The notes under the pieces: generated by a model | What the model was told of the DNA's origin: nothing | Databases searched by the model: none | Seen by the model: the letters and a program-made list of their open reading frames with translations, nothing else | DNA from: Leptogorgia sarmentosa | Taxonomy: Eukaryota | NCBI GenBank assembly: GCA_964658305.1 | Contig: OZ210885.1 | Span: 23,498,001 to 23,562,000 of the forward strand | Direction: 5' to 3' | DNA length: 64,000 nt | Program-made: the position numbers and the translations under genes | Part shown: in pieces, positions 33,731 to 44,822 of the stretch | How the letters are laid out: each line of letters starts with the position of its first letter | How positions within the stretch are numbered: the first letter of the stretch is position 1

Positions 33731-35425
33731 AAATCCAAATCACTGAAAACACAATTTTAGTCTCATTCGACGTCGTCAGCCTTTATACAAGCATCCCGCA
33801 CGACCTAGGACTTGAAGCAATAACATTCTGGGTTGAAAACTACGCACAATCTTTAGCCAGAAAATTTACCATCATAAAAGCAATCTCAATCATCCTAAAA
33901 GAAAATACGTTTTGTTTCGACAACACACACTACAAACAAATCCAAGGAACCACTATGGGCACAAAAATGGCACCAACATATGCGACGCTAGTGATGGGAT
34001 ACTTGGAGAAGAAACTGTACGGCACCTACGAGGTAAAATACGGAGAAAACGAAAGGGAAGAGTTCGTTAAATGTTTCAAGCGATTTCTTGATTACTGTTT
34101 CCTACCATGAGACAAAACCAAAGCAGAATTAACACAACTACATGATATCTTAAATGGTCTACATCCAAAAATAAAGTTCACAATGGAGCACAACATAGAA
34201 AAATTACCATTCCTTGATATATTATTATTCAAAAGTGGAAACAAACTATGTACTGACATTTATTACAAAACAACGGACACCCATCAATATTTGAACGTTA
34301 AATCCTGTCATCCCAGGCATGTTAAACACAACATACCATACTGTCTTGCTAGACGGATATGTACCATCGTCATTGAACAAGATCTAAGAAAGAAACGCCT
34401 GGAAGAACTAAGGAACTTTCTACGCCTACAAAAATACCCAGAAAAAATCATAACAAAAGGAATTCAAAAAGCCAAAAATCTTAGTATAGAAGAATTAAGA
34501 TCGCCGAAGAAGGAACCAAATAATAAAGAAAGCACCCTGACGATAATCATAACCAACAATCCAAACAATCCCCAAATCACCAAAAAAGTAAAAGAAAACG
34601 TCAACATTCTCAATAACTCACAACGAATGAAAAACATAATGGACAACACCAAGATAATCATTAGTTGAAGACAACCGAAAGATTTAAAACAACATTTGAC
34701 CAAGGCCCAATTTTCTACACAGCAACAAATACCTGTGGTAAATAAATGTGATGAACCAAGATGCGGTACATGCCAATATATTTTAACCGGTAGTAAAGTA
34801 ACACTCAAGAATGGGAAACAATGGACAATCAAAACCACTATGAATTGCAAAGCATCCAACATAGTATATACAATAATCTGCACCAAATGTTTCTACGTTG
34901 GACAAACTGAACACCTAAGAAAGAGAGTTACACTGCACAAGGAGCAAATTCTACATAAAGAATACAGACACCTAAAAGTCAGCAAACACCTACATAGTTG
35001 CAGTGATGGTGAATTCAAAATATTCCCGATCTACCAATGCACAACATCAAGTAGACTATTTCGGGAATCAAAGGAAGCAGAACTTATTAATTTACTCAAA
35101 CCAGATTTGAATGCGAACTAATGAACACTTTAATTGACAGTAAATACAACAAACATGTCAAGAGTAATTTAATTTAAGATCGCCGAAGAAGGAACCAAAC
35201 ATGTCAAGAGTAATTATGTAGTAATTATGTTTTTTAGTAATTTAATCCTAAACATTACATAATTAAGATATACCATAATACACCTGTAAACTAGACCTAC
35301 TACATATTATTCTGTAACCACTCATATTTCATCACACCTGAAGAGCTTTTGTAAGCGAAAACGTTTGTGTGTATCTAATAAAATGTTTCATATTTAAGAA
35401 ACAAGTGGTTACATTTCTTCTGTTG
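33730..35425 (+). mobile_element. Penelope-like element (RT + GIY-YIG), 5'-truncated, disrupted
   Basis: SFDVVSLYTSIP, QIQGTTMGTKMAPTYA, KRFLDYCF, LPFLDI, YYKTTDTHQYL..SCHP; Cys linker CDEPRCGTC; IVYTIICTKC..YVGQT; LKPDLN*. Confidence 0.93.
35333..35371 (+). ncRNA. Minimal type I hammerhead ribozyme motif in the Penelope 3' region
   Basis: CACAC-CTGAAGA-GCTT(ttgt)AAGC-GAAA-ACGTTT-GTGTG: conserved core, stems I and II, palindromic stem III. Confidence 0.75.
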
Positions 35426-35477
35426 TCAAAACACTTTTTTTATATATATGATACTTGTGTTCAACTACAAATCCAAT

Positions 35478-35520
35478 TTATCTATCTATCTATATATATA
35501 TATATATATATATATGTATA
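35478..35520. repeat. (TATC)n(TA)n microsatellite
   Basis: Directly visible, inside an Academ intron. Confidence 0.9.
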
Positions 35521-37099
35521 CCTGTGAAACTGTGGAATCCGATAAACGCGGAACACCACTGGGAACCCACGTGTTGCTTAATCTTTTCAAGAGAAATTCT
35601 TCTTCTTTTGTTTCGATTCCCTGTCTCGAAGAATATCTGTGCGCTGATGTTGGAACAGGCATTCAAAGCAACAAAAAACACGTCTGTGTCAGGACTTTTT
35701 ATAATGACGTTTGGGTACGTCAGAGATGCGTTCTTAGCATGGCATACCTAAAGAATCGTGAATAATATAAAAAAAGTGTATTACACTGATCACTTCTCCA
35801 CCTTATTTTCGGGAATTATGTTAAGTTTTACCTACCATTCTTGTGTCTGCTTCTTCATGATCACATCCTAGCTCTTCGACATTAGAGCAGATCATAGATT
35901 CCTTTTCGTGTGTGATGAAGACTTCGATACCATTTAGAAGTTGGGGATCTGCTGTTTTCCAAGCTTCAAAAAGGAATTTCATGAACTCTTCTTTGTTCTT
36001 TCCATTGGACAAAAACTTTTTCCATTGACGAGGAACTCGCTGTTGTTCACCGTAAATCTTCACCAAGAATGACCCATCTTTACCGTGTTTTTCCCGTTCT
36101 AGGTTCTTGATGCTGAGTGCTGGATACCATTCGGCAATGAAATCGATTCTTTTCGATCTGGATGATGTTGCCATCCTTATAATTTTCATCAGCAAATCGT
36201 GCGCCAGCTCACCAAACGTGCTTGAAGTTACCTTCATCGCCTGAAGTGTCGCCATTGCATCAATGATCAGAGCACTTTCGCCCAGAACGCTTTCCACCAA
36301 TGCATCTTCAGTTTCACTCTCAATTGTGTTGAGCAACTTCGACTTGGCGGTCTTTACGAGATTTCCCTCCACGGTTGCCAGAGGTAATGGGAACGGTCTC
36401 AATGAATACCGCAGAACATCTTTCATATCGAGATCTCGGCTTCTTGCAATGAGGATCATCTCAGCAAACAAATTATTTGAATTTTTCAACGCCACAATCT
36501 CGCCTTTCTTTGTCTTGCTTGTAACCTTCTTGTTCATGGAAGAGAATGTTCGTAAATTCATCTTCTGAATTGGCGTGTAGATATCAGGCTTCTGCGAAAG
36601 GATATTCGTCTTCATATAACTCACTGCTGCAGCTTCACCTCTTTTGTACATGTTCTTCATGTCAGATTCAACATCATTAGAGGCGACAGATCCATTACAC
36701 AGATGCACAAGTGATGGATACTCGTTATCGAAAGGGTTTATCATAGTGTTGACCAAGTCCATAACGGCATTAGCATCATACTTGATTCTAGTTTTATCCA
36801 CGTCCTTTAGTCCTCTGCAAAAGGATGGCGAATACAATAATGGTAAGTAGAACTTACATTTAACCTCAGAACGTTATACTGCATGCATTTCAAGGTTGTC
36901 AATAATAAAGTGTAAATAATCAAGGGTATTCTAATAAATATCTATAACATACCTTGTTACTTCTGACATTTGCCATGTCTTGACACCTTCTCGAGATTGC
37001 GCTTCTTTCCGCTTGCCCCAAAATCCAGCGATGAACTGCTCCTCTATTTAAAGTAAAACCCACTAAACCACCTTTCATCTTGGAATCCTTGTTTAAGGT

Positions 37100-37460
37100 T
37101 TGCAACATCCCCAATCAAGCCGAACGGAGGTGTATAGAGGCATTCGAGATTAAAAAACAATTCAACAATATTATGAATGGCTGTATTGGAAGAACCATCT
37201 CTATATAAGGACCATTAGTTTTATTGTGTAGTTTTTATTCCATTGTTTTAACATGTTTTAATGAACACATAGGTTGCTCGTAATAATTTAGTATTTTAAT
37301 TAGATTCGTGCCTGTATATATAGAACGTATATTATTATAGTAAGCACCATACCCACTGAAGAAGCCTTAATCGGTGAAACATTTGGGATCAATAAAGTTT
37401 TTAAGACTTTTTAAATGTCTTTTTAAATTTTTAGTATATCATATATATATATATATATTA
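37100..37460 (+). mobile_element. Short Penelope 3' fragment inserted in Academ
   Basis: GIY-YIG C-terminus (ERRCIEAFEIKK..IMNG), a hammerhead motif, AATAAA and a (TA)n tail. Confidence 0.7.
37352..37387 (+). ncRNA. Minimal hammerhead ribozyme motif
   Basis: CCCA-CTGAAGA-A-GCC(ttaatc)GGT-GAAA-CATT-TGGG. Confidence 0.65.
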
Positions 37461-38012
37461 AAGAACTTACATGGATGTGTGCTTTCAAGTAAAGACATCT
37501 CCAGCCAGTAGCAGGGCCCATATCTTGAATAATTCACCATGGTATCATTGACCTCAGGGCGGAGAGATGTAACTGCCAGTTGGACGTTCTAGTTGCTCGA
37601 ACGAACAGTAACAACAACTGGACCATGTCGATGTAAGTTGACCAGAACGCAAAAGTAGGGTTTTCTTCGCTGCGCCTCTTTACGAAAGAATCGAATGCCT
37701 CTTTCCAAGCGATGAAACGATCGTCAGTCGAACAGAATTTTGGCAGGGTTTCATCAAGACTATCGAGCATGTGAACACTGAAGGAACTCAGCTCCTCAGC
37801 TTCCTCATCTGGCAGAGATTCACAAAATGCCAAGAAACGAAGTCGTTGCATTGCCTCGAAAACTACTTTGTGCGCCCTGATACAGCGGTTGTAGTGTTTC
37901 CCTGTAATGACCCCTTTGACAGAACCAGAGGCGACAATCTCGGATTCTATCATTATATCCTAAAACATGAATTAAACGTGCCAGAAACGTGCCGTAAACG
38001 TGCCAGAAACCT

Positions 38013-38210
38013 TGTTCTCAAAAACAGAACAGACACGCTGGATTTATAACACTTTATTTTAGATTTCAATACTCGAAAAAAACCAACCCCCAAAACGTCT
38101 ATATTACGACTTCTCCCAAGCGTCCTTTGCGCGCCTAGGGCATAGGTAACCCAAACTACCCAATGTCAATAATGTCCACAAACAAACGAACGTCATAAAG
38201 TTCCAAAACA
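38013..38210 (-). repeat. BEL/Pao 3' LTR (198 bp)
   Basis: Bounded by TGTT...AACA, adjacent to the PPT, with AATAAA on minus. Confidence 0.75.
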
Positions 38211-38279
38211 TCCCCCTCCCGAATACGAAGTGCTCGCTTTAATTAAGTCCATTTCGTTTACTCTAATGTCTCAGGTTCT

Positions 38280-40022
38280 TCAATCATCACTTTCAAGTGG
38301 GCACAATCGATGTACTGGACGTTCATAAATACTTTCACCAACTTTGACTTTAACTACGCGAATTAACCCGTCTTTCCCTGGGTGAACTTCCGTGATGCGT
38401 CCCAAGGGCCATTCTCCACGTCTAACTTTGGGATCCATGAGCAATACCACGTCTCCTTCTTTCATATTTCGTCGAGGATGATACCACTTTCCACGTGTGT
38501 TGAGGTTCGGCAGGAATTCTTTTCTCCAGCGGGCCCAGAACTGGCGGAGTAATTGCTGAACGCGACGCCAACGTTTCCGTGGATTACAGGCTTCGTCGAC
38601 ATCTAAAGCTTCTGGTGCATATTGTCCCCCGAGCTGTCCTACGATGAAATGGTTCGGGGTCAGTGGAGTAAGGTCGTTTGCATCAGAACTAACGTAGGTA
38701 ATCAGGCGAGAGTTCAGTTGACCTTCGGCTCCAACGATAGCTGTGTGAAGCTCTTCGTCTGTAACACTTGCGTCGCCAAGGATTGCTCGCATCGCCTTCT
38801 TGCTACTCTTGATCATCGCTTCGAACAACCCTCCAAAATGAGGTGCTGATGGGGGGTTGAACTTCCATTCGATGCTGTGATGCGGTCGTGTTGTTGCATA
38901 GATGATTTTGTGTTGGTCGAACTTTTCTAACAGCTCATGTAATTCTCTTTCCGCACTGACAAAGTTCGTTCTGTTGTCCGATACGACGTACGTTGGCGTC
39001 CCCCTCCTTGCCGTCATAGGGATGAAGGCGTTAATAAACAAATCCGTGTCTAGAGAATACGCCATTTCGAGGTGTACCGCGCGAGTGTTGAGGCAGGTAA
39101 ATAGGCACAGATACCGTTTGGCTTTCGCTTTTCGTCGTCCTTGTTTTGTGAGGAAGGGACCTCCGTAATCTACTCCCACACGCTCGAATGCTCGGAGGGG
39201 CAGTTTCAATCTTGCTTCTGGAAGCAGGGCCATCATTTGTCCGACTGGTTTAGCTCGGAATTGACGTCGACATCCGCGACACGCTTCCACGACGTTTCTC
39301 ACCGCTCGTCGTCCTTTGACGATCCAAAACCTCGTTCGTAACTCTGCTAGAAGGTGCTCTGTACCAGTCCTGTGACCGATTTTGGAGTGTTCGTAGGCGA
39401 TAACAAGCCTGGTGACGGGGTGATCCTTCGGAAGAAGAATCGGATGTTTGACATCGTAAGGTAACTCATTTGCATAACGTAAACGACCGTTTAGTCGCAA
39501 CAGTCCGTCTTTATCTATCTTCGGATTTAGTTGTGCTAACGATTGTTGTTTCTCTCCATCCGGAAAGGACTCCGCTTGGGTTCTTCGTATCCACAGGGTC
39601 TCGGCTTTGGAAATATCCTCTGACGCGAGTGTTGCGCTTAGTACTCTCCTTTTCTTTGACAACTTGCAGGTCCTTGCAAACCGTAACATCCACGCCGTAA
39701 CACGGACCAGGCGTTGGAGACTAGAATACTTTGTGGGGTCCATAGAAACTTCGCTCGTGGTATCTTCGTTGGAGCTCTGGGTGAGATGTGTTTTTGACAT
39801 CCTTTTCCCTTTGCCATACTCGAATTCGTCAACGACTGTCGTTGGTAGTTTTTCTGGCCATGTAGACTCTTCCGCTTTCAAGAATTCAGGACCTTCTTTC
39901 CAGAACTTGCTCTCGATGAGATCTTTGGCGGAGACACCTCTAGATGGTAGATCAGCGGGATTAAGCTTTCCAGGAACATGCCTCCACTGCGTCGGGTCTG
40001 TCGTTCTTTGGATCTCACCCAC
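38280..40022 (-). CDS. BEL/Pao pol C-terminus: RNase H end + integrase (580-aa open frame)
   Basis: NPADLPSRG, HHCC finger, GVDYGGP, AVHLE, SDN, PHFGGLFE, LTPNHF, WPLGRI. Confidence 0.9.
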   Translation of the reverse strand: MGEIQRTTDPTQWRHVPGKLNPADLPSRGVSAKDLIESKFWKEGPEFLKAEESTWPEKLPTTVVDEFEYGKGKRMSKTHLTQSSNEDTTSEVSMDPTKYSSLQRLVRVTAWMLRFARTCKLSKKRRVLSATLASEDISKAETLWIRRTQAESFPDGEKQQSLAQLNPKIDKDGLLRLNGRLRYANELPYDVKHPILLPKDHPVTRLVIAYEHSKIGHRTGTEHLLAELRTRFWIVKGRRAVRNVVEACRGCRRQFRAKPVGQMMALLPEARLKLPLRAFERVGVDYGGPFLTKQGRRKAKAKRYLCLFTCLNTRAVHLEMAYSLDTDLFINAFIPMTARRGTPTYVVSDNRTNFVSAERELHELLEKFDQHKIIYATTRPHHSIEWKFNPPSAPHFGGLFEAMIKSSKKAMRAILGDASVTDEELHTAIVGAEGQLNSRLITYVSSDANDLTPLTPNHFIVGQLGGQYAPEALDVDEACNPRKRWRRVQQLLRQFWARWRKEFLPNLNTRGKWYHPRRNMKEGDVVLLMDPKVRRGEWPLGRITEVHPGKDGLIRVVKVKVGESIYERPVHRLCPLESDD

Positions 40023-40712
40023 TCGGTTGGCAACAAAAAGCTTGAAGCTGCGACTTTGGTTGCGGACCCAAAATAAAACATTAGTCGAGTCCGTCCAAAA
40101 GGTAACCGTTGCAACTGAGAGAACTTACATAATGCTTTTCGCCACTCGAGTTGACAGCACAGCTCCCATCAGCTCCAGTCGAGGAATGGTCGTAGCTTTG
40201 ATTGGGGACACACGACTTTTAGCAGCAATGAGGCAGGATGTAGGTGGTGTTGAGGGGTAATGACTCACGAGATAGGTGGCCGTTGCATATGCATTCTCAG
40301 AGGCATCAGAGAATACATGCAGGTCAGTCTCTTTCGGATTTGGTCCTTCGTCCTTCAGCTTTTGTGTTTCTTGAAGCTGATCAACTGCGGCTTGCTCGTC
40401 AAGTGTCAATGTTGTTTGACCCGAGTCATCCTTGATGCCCAGTGTGAGATCCACCCATACCGGAAATGGTCAAACTTTGAATTGGCCACGTAAATCAAGT
40501 TCATGCGAAGCACTCTCTGTCACATAAGTCCCAGTAGAGCAAGGGTCCAGCATCACGTTTACCTTCAATTTCTTTCTTCCATTCGTGATGAGAGCTGGCA
40601 AGACCATAAATGATACATTGTCGACTTTGTTGGTTGCGTGGGTTGTCTCTCGGGCGTCATCTTGAGGTTTGGTAATGGGTGGTAAGGAATCTTCAGGGTT
40701 CTTGCTCCGAGT

Positions 40713-42500
40713 TTAGTGGGTTGACAAGTCATCAGGTCGTAGCTGGTTATTCTCGTGAAGATACCTACTATGACGGTCGCTTGTACAGCTATCAATTCCA
40801 CACTTTCTTGCGTTGTTGCAATCTCTACTTTGATGCCCCATTGCCAGGCATCGGAAACACCGTCCACTTTTCGAGATAAGCTCTTTTCGTTCGAGAACAG
40901 TCATTTTCTTAAATAATGGACAGATCCATGGTGGATGGTCTTCCTTACAGGTCATTACCACACATCCTCTTGGTCTTCGCTTGTTGTTGGTACCAAATCC
41001 ACGATCTCGTCTTTTCCTCTCAACCTTGTCATCACTCTTGTCGTCTCGCCTCTCGTCTTTGGTCTCGTCCATTATTTGCACCTTCATCTCCAGCCAATTC
41101 GCAAGATTCTCGAATGTGTCTCGTTCACTTCGTTCAAACAACCAGTATTTATATGCTTCCACATCCTTTGCTGACAATTTCTCTTTCGCCGTCAAATTAA
41201 GATTCTGTCCATTCGTCTCTGCTCCTTGTCCACTATCTCGTAGTGACACCAATACTCTGTCCAATAATGCCAAGAATTCTTCCATATCATCTAAGTTGTT
41301 TGGTCTCAATTTTGACCACCCACGAAGTGTCGTCAGATTTGATATCTGAAGTCTTACTTCCCCGCCGTACTTTTTCTCTAGTTTCTCTTTCGCTCTCTCG
41401 TATGCATTGACAGTGAAACCCAAGTCCTTAAACATCCTTAATGCTTTTCCCGTCAAACTATTCTGGAGGCGGAGCATTTTCTCTTTCATAGATATAGCAG
41501 CCTCGTCCACAACTGACATGAATGCGGCTTTCCATGGTGCATAGTCCGCTTTGACTTCTCCCGAAAATGTAGGCAGTTCTACCCCTTTTAATTTTATGGG
41601 TGCAAGTCGTCGTTGAAGATGTTCGGTTTCAGCTGGACATTGTTTGGTAGGAAGGGCGGGTATTTCAAACGCAAACTGTTTTTTGTGCGACTCTAGGTTT
41701 TCCACAGACACCGCTTTCGCCTCATTGGATGCATCGTTTTCAGCTGCAGTTGCTCTTGTTTCATTGATGACCACCACTTGTCGTGCTTCTTCGGTTCTTT
41801 GCTTGGTTAGTTGCAGTGCAGCGACTCGCCTTTGCAGTTCTTCCTCTTCTTGTTGCTGTTCTTTTTCTAAAGCAAAAAGTCTCTCCTTCGACTCTTCAGC
41901 TTCTTTACGTCTCTTCAATGCCAATGAGGATTGACTAGATAGTACTGAACTTTGATCATCATTAGAATTGTTCTTAGATAAAGATGAGGCTGTATCCGAT
42001 TTTTCTTCCCCCAATTCCAGTCGTTGTTGTATATGCTCTTTAGCACGTTTTACCGCAGTGTCCACAATAACCGTTAGTTCTTCTACTTCGTTGTCAAGGG
42101 CTTCAAGAATCTCGTCAATCGCCGTATGTTCCTCGCCATCTTCAAGTGCAATAATTTCTTTAATGCTATAAATTAGCTTGATGATGATATTGAACTCGCT
42201 TTCAACTTTGAAAACTGCTTTTCTTATTTCAGTTTTAGTTGGTAAGTTGCCTAGTCCAATATCTTTCTTGTCTACTAGGTCTGCGAGTTGATTTCTACCT
42301 TTAGTGAGTCTAGTTTTTGCTGATTTTTTGCGACTACGCAACGTTCTAACCTTTTTACTCACCGTACTTCCCGTTTCTTCGAGACCCTCGGTCGTAGTTT
42401 CATCTTTACGAGGCTCCTGTTCAACAGGGAGGTCTGGTTTATCCATAGCTAAAACTTCTGGTTGAATATCTTGCTGTTTATCACTCATATTTGTGTTCAA
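40713..42500 (-). CDS. BEL/Pao gag (coiled coil, DUF1759-like, three zinc knuckles)
   Basis: LPTFSGE, LTGKALR, C..CKEDHPPWIC, CFRCLAMGHQSRDC, CGIDSCTSDRHSRYLH. Confidence 0.9.
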   Translation of the reverse strand: MNTNMSDKQQDIQPEVLAMDKPDLPVEQEPRKDETTTEGLEETGSTVSKKVRTLRSRKKSAKTRLTKGRNQLADLVDKKDIGLGNLPTKTEIRKAVFKVESEFNIIIKLIYSIKEIIALEDGEEHTAIDEILEALDNEVEELTVIVDTAVKRAKEHIQQRLELGEEKSDTASSLSKNNSNDDQSSVLSSQSSLALKRRKEAEESKERLFALEKEQQQEEEELQRRVAALQLTKQRTEEARQVVVINETRATAAENDASNEAKAVSVENLESHKKQFAFEIPALPTKQCPAETEHLQRRLAPIKLKGVELPTFSGEVKADYAPWKAAFMSVVDEAAISMKEKMLRLQNSLTGKALRMFKDLGFTVNAYERAKEKLEKKYGGEVRLQISNLTTLRGWSKLRPNNLDDMEEFLALLDRVLVSLRDSGQGAETNGQNLNLTAKEKLSAKDVEAYKYWLFERSERDTFENLANWLEMKVQIMDETKDERRDDKSDDKVERKRRDRGFGTNNKRRPRGCVVMTCKEDHPPWICPLFKKMTVLERKELISKSGRCFRCLAMGHQSRDCNNARKCGIDSCTSDRHSRYLHENNQLRPDDLSTH

Positions 42501-44822
42501 CTCACCTGATGATTGTCGTGAATGTCTAGATGAAGTTCAGAGCTATCTTGACAGAGTGACGGTAGGCCTTTCTTTGTACTGATGTATGGTTGAATATCAC
42601 GATCAGGAGCCTTCACAGTACGTATCTTCTTGCTCACGATAACTTTGTTGTTAAGGGCAGGCTCTCCTCTTTGAATCACGATTCCAGTAAGCCTTTACCA
42701 GTAAGAGTTTCCTCCTTAAAGTCATTGTTATCCCAAACAATCGTGGTGAAACGAGCAACATTGATATTTCTTGGGATAATGACACCATCAGTGGCATTAA
42801 TAATTGAAGCCTGTGCTGAGTCATGTTTCAACACAGTAGAAGATGAAACCGAGTGATGTTGATGAGCTTGGTTGATCCAGAAATTTGATGCACGGTCATA
42901 CCGAGAGCCAGCGATTTTTGGGTCTGTTTCTTCCCTTTTGCTTCAGCATATACGAGATCTTGACATATTGCAACGACTTTGAACATTTGACTGCGAGAAA
43001 TCACCACCACTCTTTCATCCATAACTGGTTCGTTCAAATATCTAAGTGTCCAAGCGATGAAGTTGAACAGTTTAGTTGGGATTGATTCCATTGCAGGTTC
43101 AAGGGTCAGATCACTCGAATCAGGGGGCCATCCATCTACGCCTTTGCTTTGCTTCAACATCTCTCTAACTTCCATTGCTGCGTAAAATAATTCATGTGGC
43201 GCAATTTCACGTACACTTCGGTTTAAACATTCGCCTACGTTGTTTTCAGCTTCATCGTCCTCGTCGTCATCACTTTGATCCACTTCCATCATATCATCTG
43301 CTATTTCTCCAGGTACAATGTCGCTAGAGTACACAAGCGTTCCTTTCACCATTGTTTTAGACGCATGAAAGACTACTTGCGGGTACCGTGATTGGATCCT
43401 CTTCTTTAAGCGCGCACCTTGGTATGCAACATTACTGCCGTCAATTTCATAAACAATGCCAATGAATTTCTTAAGAAGATAATTCAAAAGCAATATTTCT
43501 TTATTGCTGATGATTCTTTTCTCGATAAAGTTGAAACAGAATAAATCAAACGCTTTGTCATAGACGGTGGGTTCGGTAACTGACGGTTTTGCACTCTTCA
43601 TGTCCGACAAAACTTTTGTGTACTTTTGGTAGCACTTCTTGTGATATCTTGCTTCTACTGCAACACAATCTTTTCCTCTAATATGGAGCAGAACACTTTC
43701 ATCGTTTCTCATTTCTTCAGCTCTTTGTAGCAGCCCAGCAGTTACCGTTTGTGCGAGAGAGAGATCCTGCTTTACGCGTTTCTTCGAAGCCTAAAAAATA
43801 GTTGCAGTGTATAAAACTATAGGTATTATTTTTAATACTTTTATACATCACTTTTATTATCTGTTAAGACCAGTTAAGTGCGGGTTATCTTAATAATTTC
43901 TTAACTATTCCTTACCGTATCAGTGACATATATAGGTCCAGATTCTTTGCATATTAAGCAACATTTCGGTAGAACATTCCGCGACCTCAACGTTTCCCCA
44001 TCTTCATAATTGCGACCAAATGATTGTCTACTTATTCGCTGCACCTTTTCTGCTCCCCACTCATCGGTACCATTCAATGACAATGGTCCAGTACTGCAGC
44101 TTTTTTATGGTACACTTGCCGCTATTTTTCGGGCCCTTTCCAGCTTAGTAATATCTGTGAAACTACGATAGCATGCCAAGTGATACGACGTAGCACCTTG
44201 TAGCTCCTGGACATTTTCAATATCATCTGGTATATATTCAAATGTATTGTCGGCAATATTCCTGAATATGTTATACTTTTCATTCTCGGGGAGTTCAAGC
44301 CATTCTCTTCTTCTTTTCACTATTGTTTCCAGTGTTTCATTTGTCAATTGTTTTTCAGGACCAAGTTTGCCTTCATAGTGGACAATGCAAGGGGGTGACC
44401 CCGCATCAGCTGCCATATAGCTATTTTACATTTCAAATTCAAACTTTTAAAACTACTTTTTAAAAAATTTCGACTTTCTCTTGGGTTTTTTTTCGCTTTC
44501 GCTTCCGGGGTTCTGTCACGTAGATTACATACCATCATTCAAATGTCTCCCTCGGTCATAAATTTGGTGGACTGGGGTATAATTTAGGCAATTGTAACGT
44601 ATGGAATTTTGTGGACAGTCACAGAATAAATTAAAGATGGCGCCATGTTATTCATGAAGCGTGACGATTAAAATGGCCAATTACAAGAAAACTGCGGGTC
44701 TACGACTTGGGAACTCTTCGGATTCGGATTCAGCGTGGTCAAAAATAGTAAGTTATGTAAAAATTTCTCAGTTCTAAGGGGTGCTTAATGAAACTGAACG
44801 ATATCGTGCCACAACATACGGA

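Larger units (their letters stand above)
38013..42500 (-). mobile_element. BEL/Pao LTR retrotransposon remnant (5' LTR and RT deleted)
   Basis: gag 40713-42500, protease LDPCS (about 40540), RNase H HVFSDAS, integrase 38280-40022, PPT GGGAGGGGGA, 3' LTR 38013-38210 (TGTT..AACA). Confidence 0.93.
35522..44776 (-). mobile_element. Academ (XPG-like nuclease type) DNA transposon, 5' end intact, spliced gene disrupted
   Basis: Terminus TAGAACTGAG at 44776. Exon motifs: YHLACYRSFT, CLICK, VAVEARYHKKCY, GKHYNRCIRAHK, LFVRATRTSNWQLHL, TLNKDSKMKGGLVG, IIDAMA, CDHEEADTRM, KSPDTDV, FHSFTG. Confidence 0.82.

Noticed and set aside
39607..40260. Long antisense ORFs (e.g. 217 aa here, 61708-62286, 58814-59317)
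   Set aside because: They are shadows of TE coding sequence on the opposite strand.
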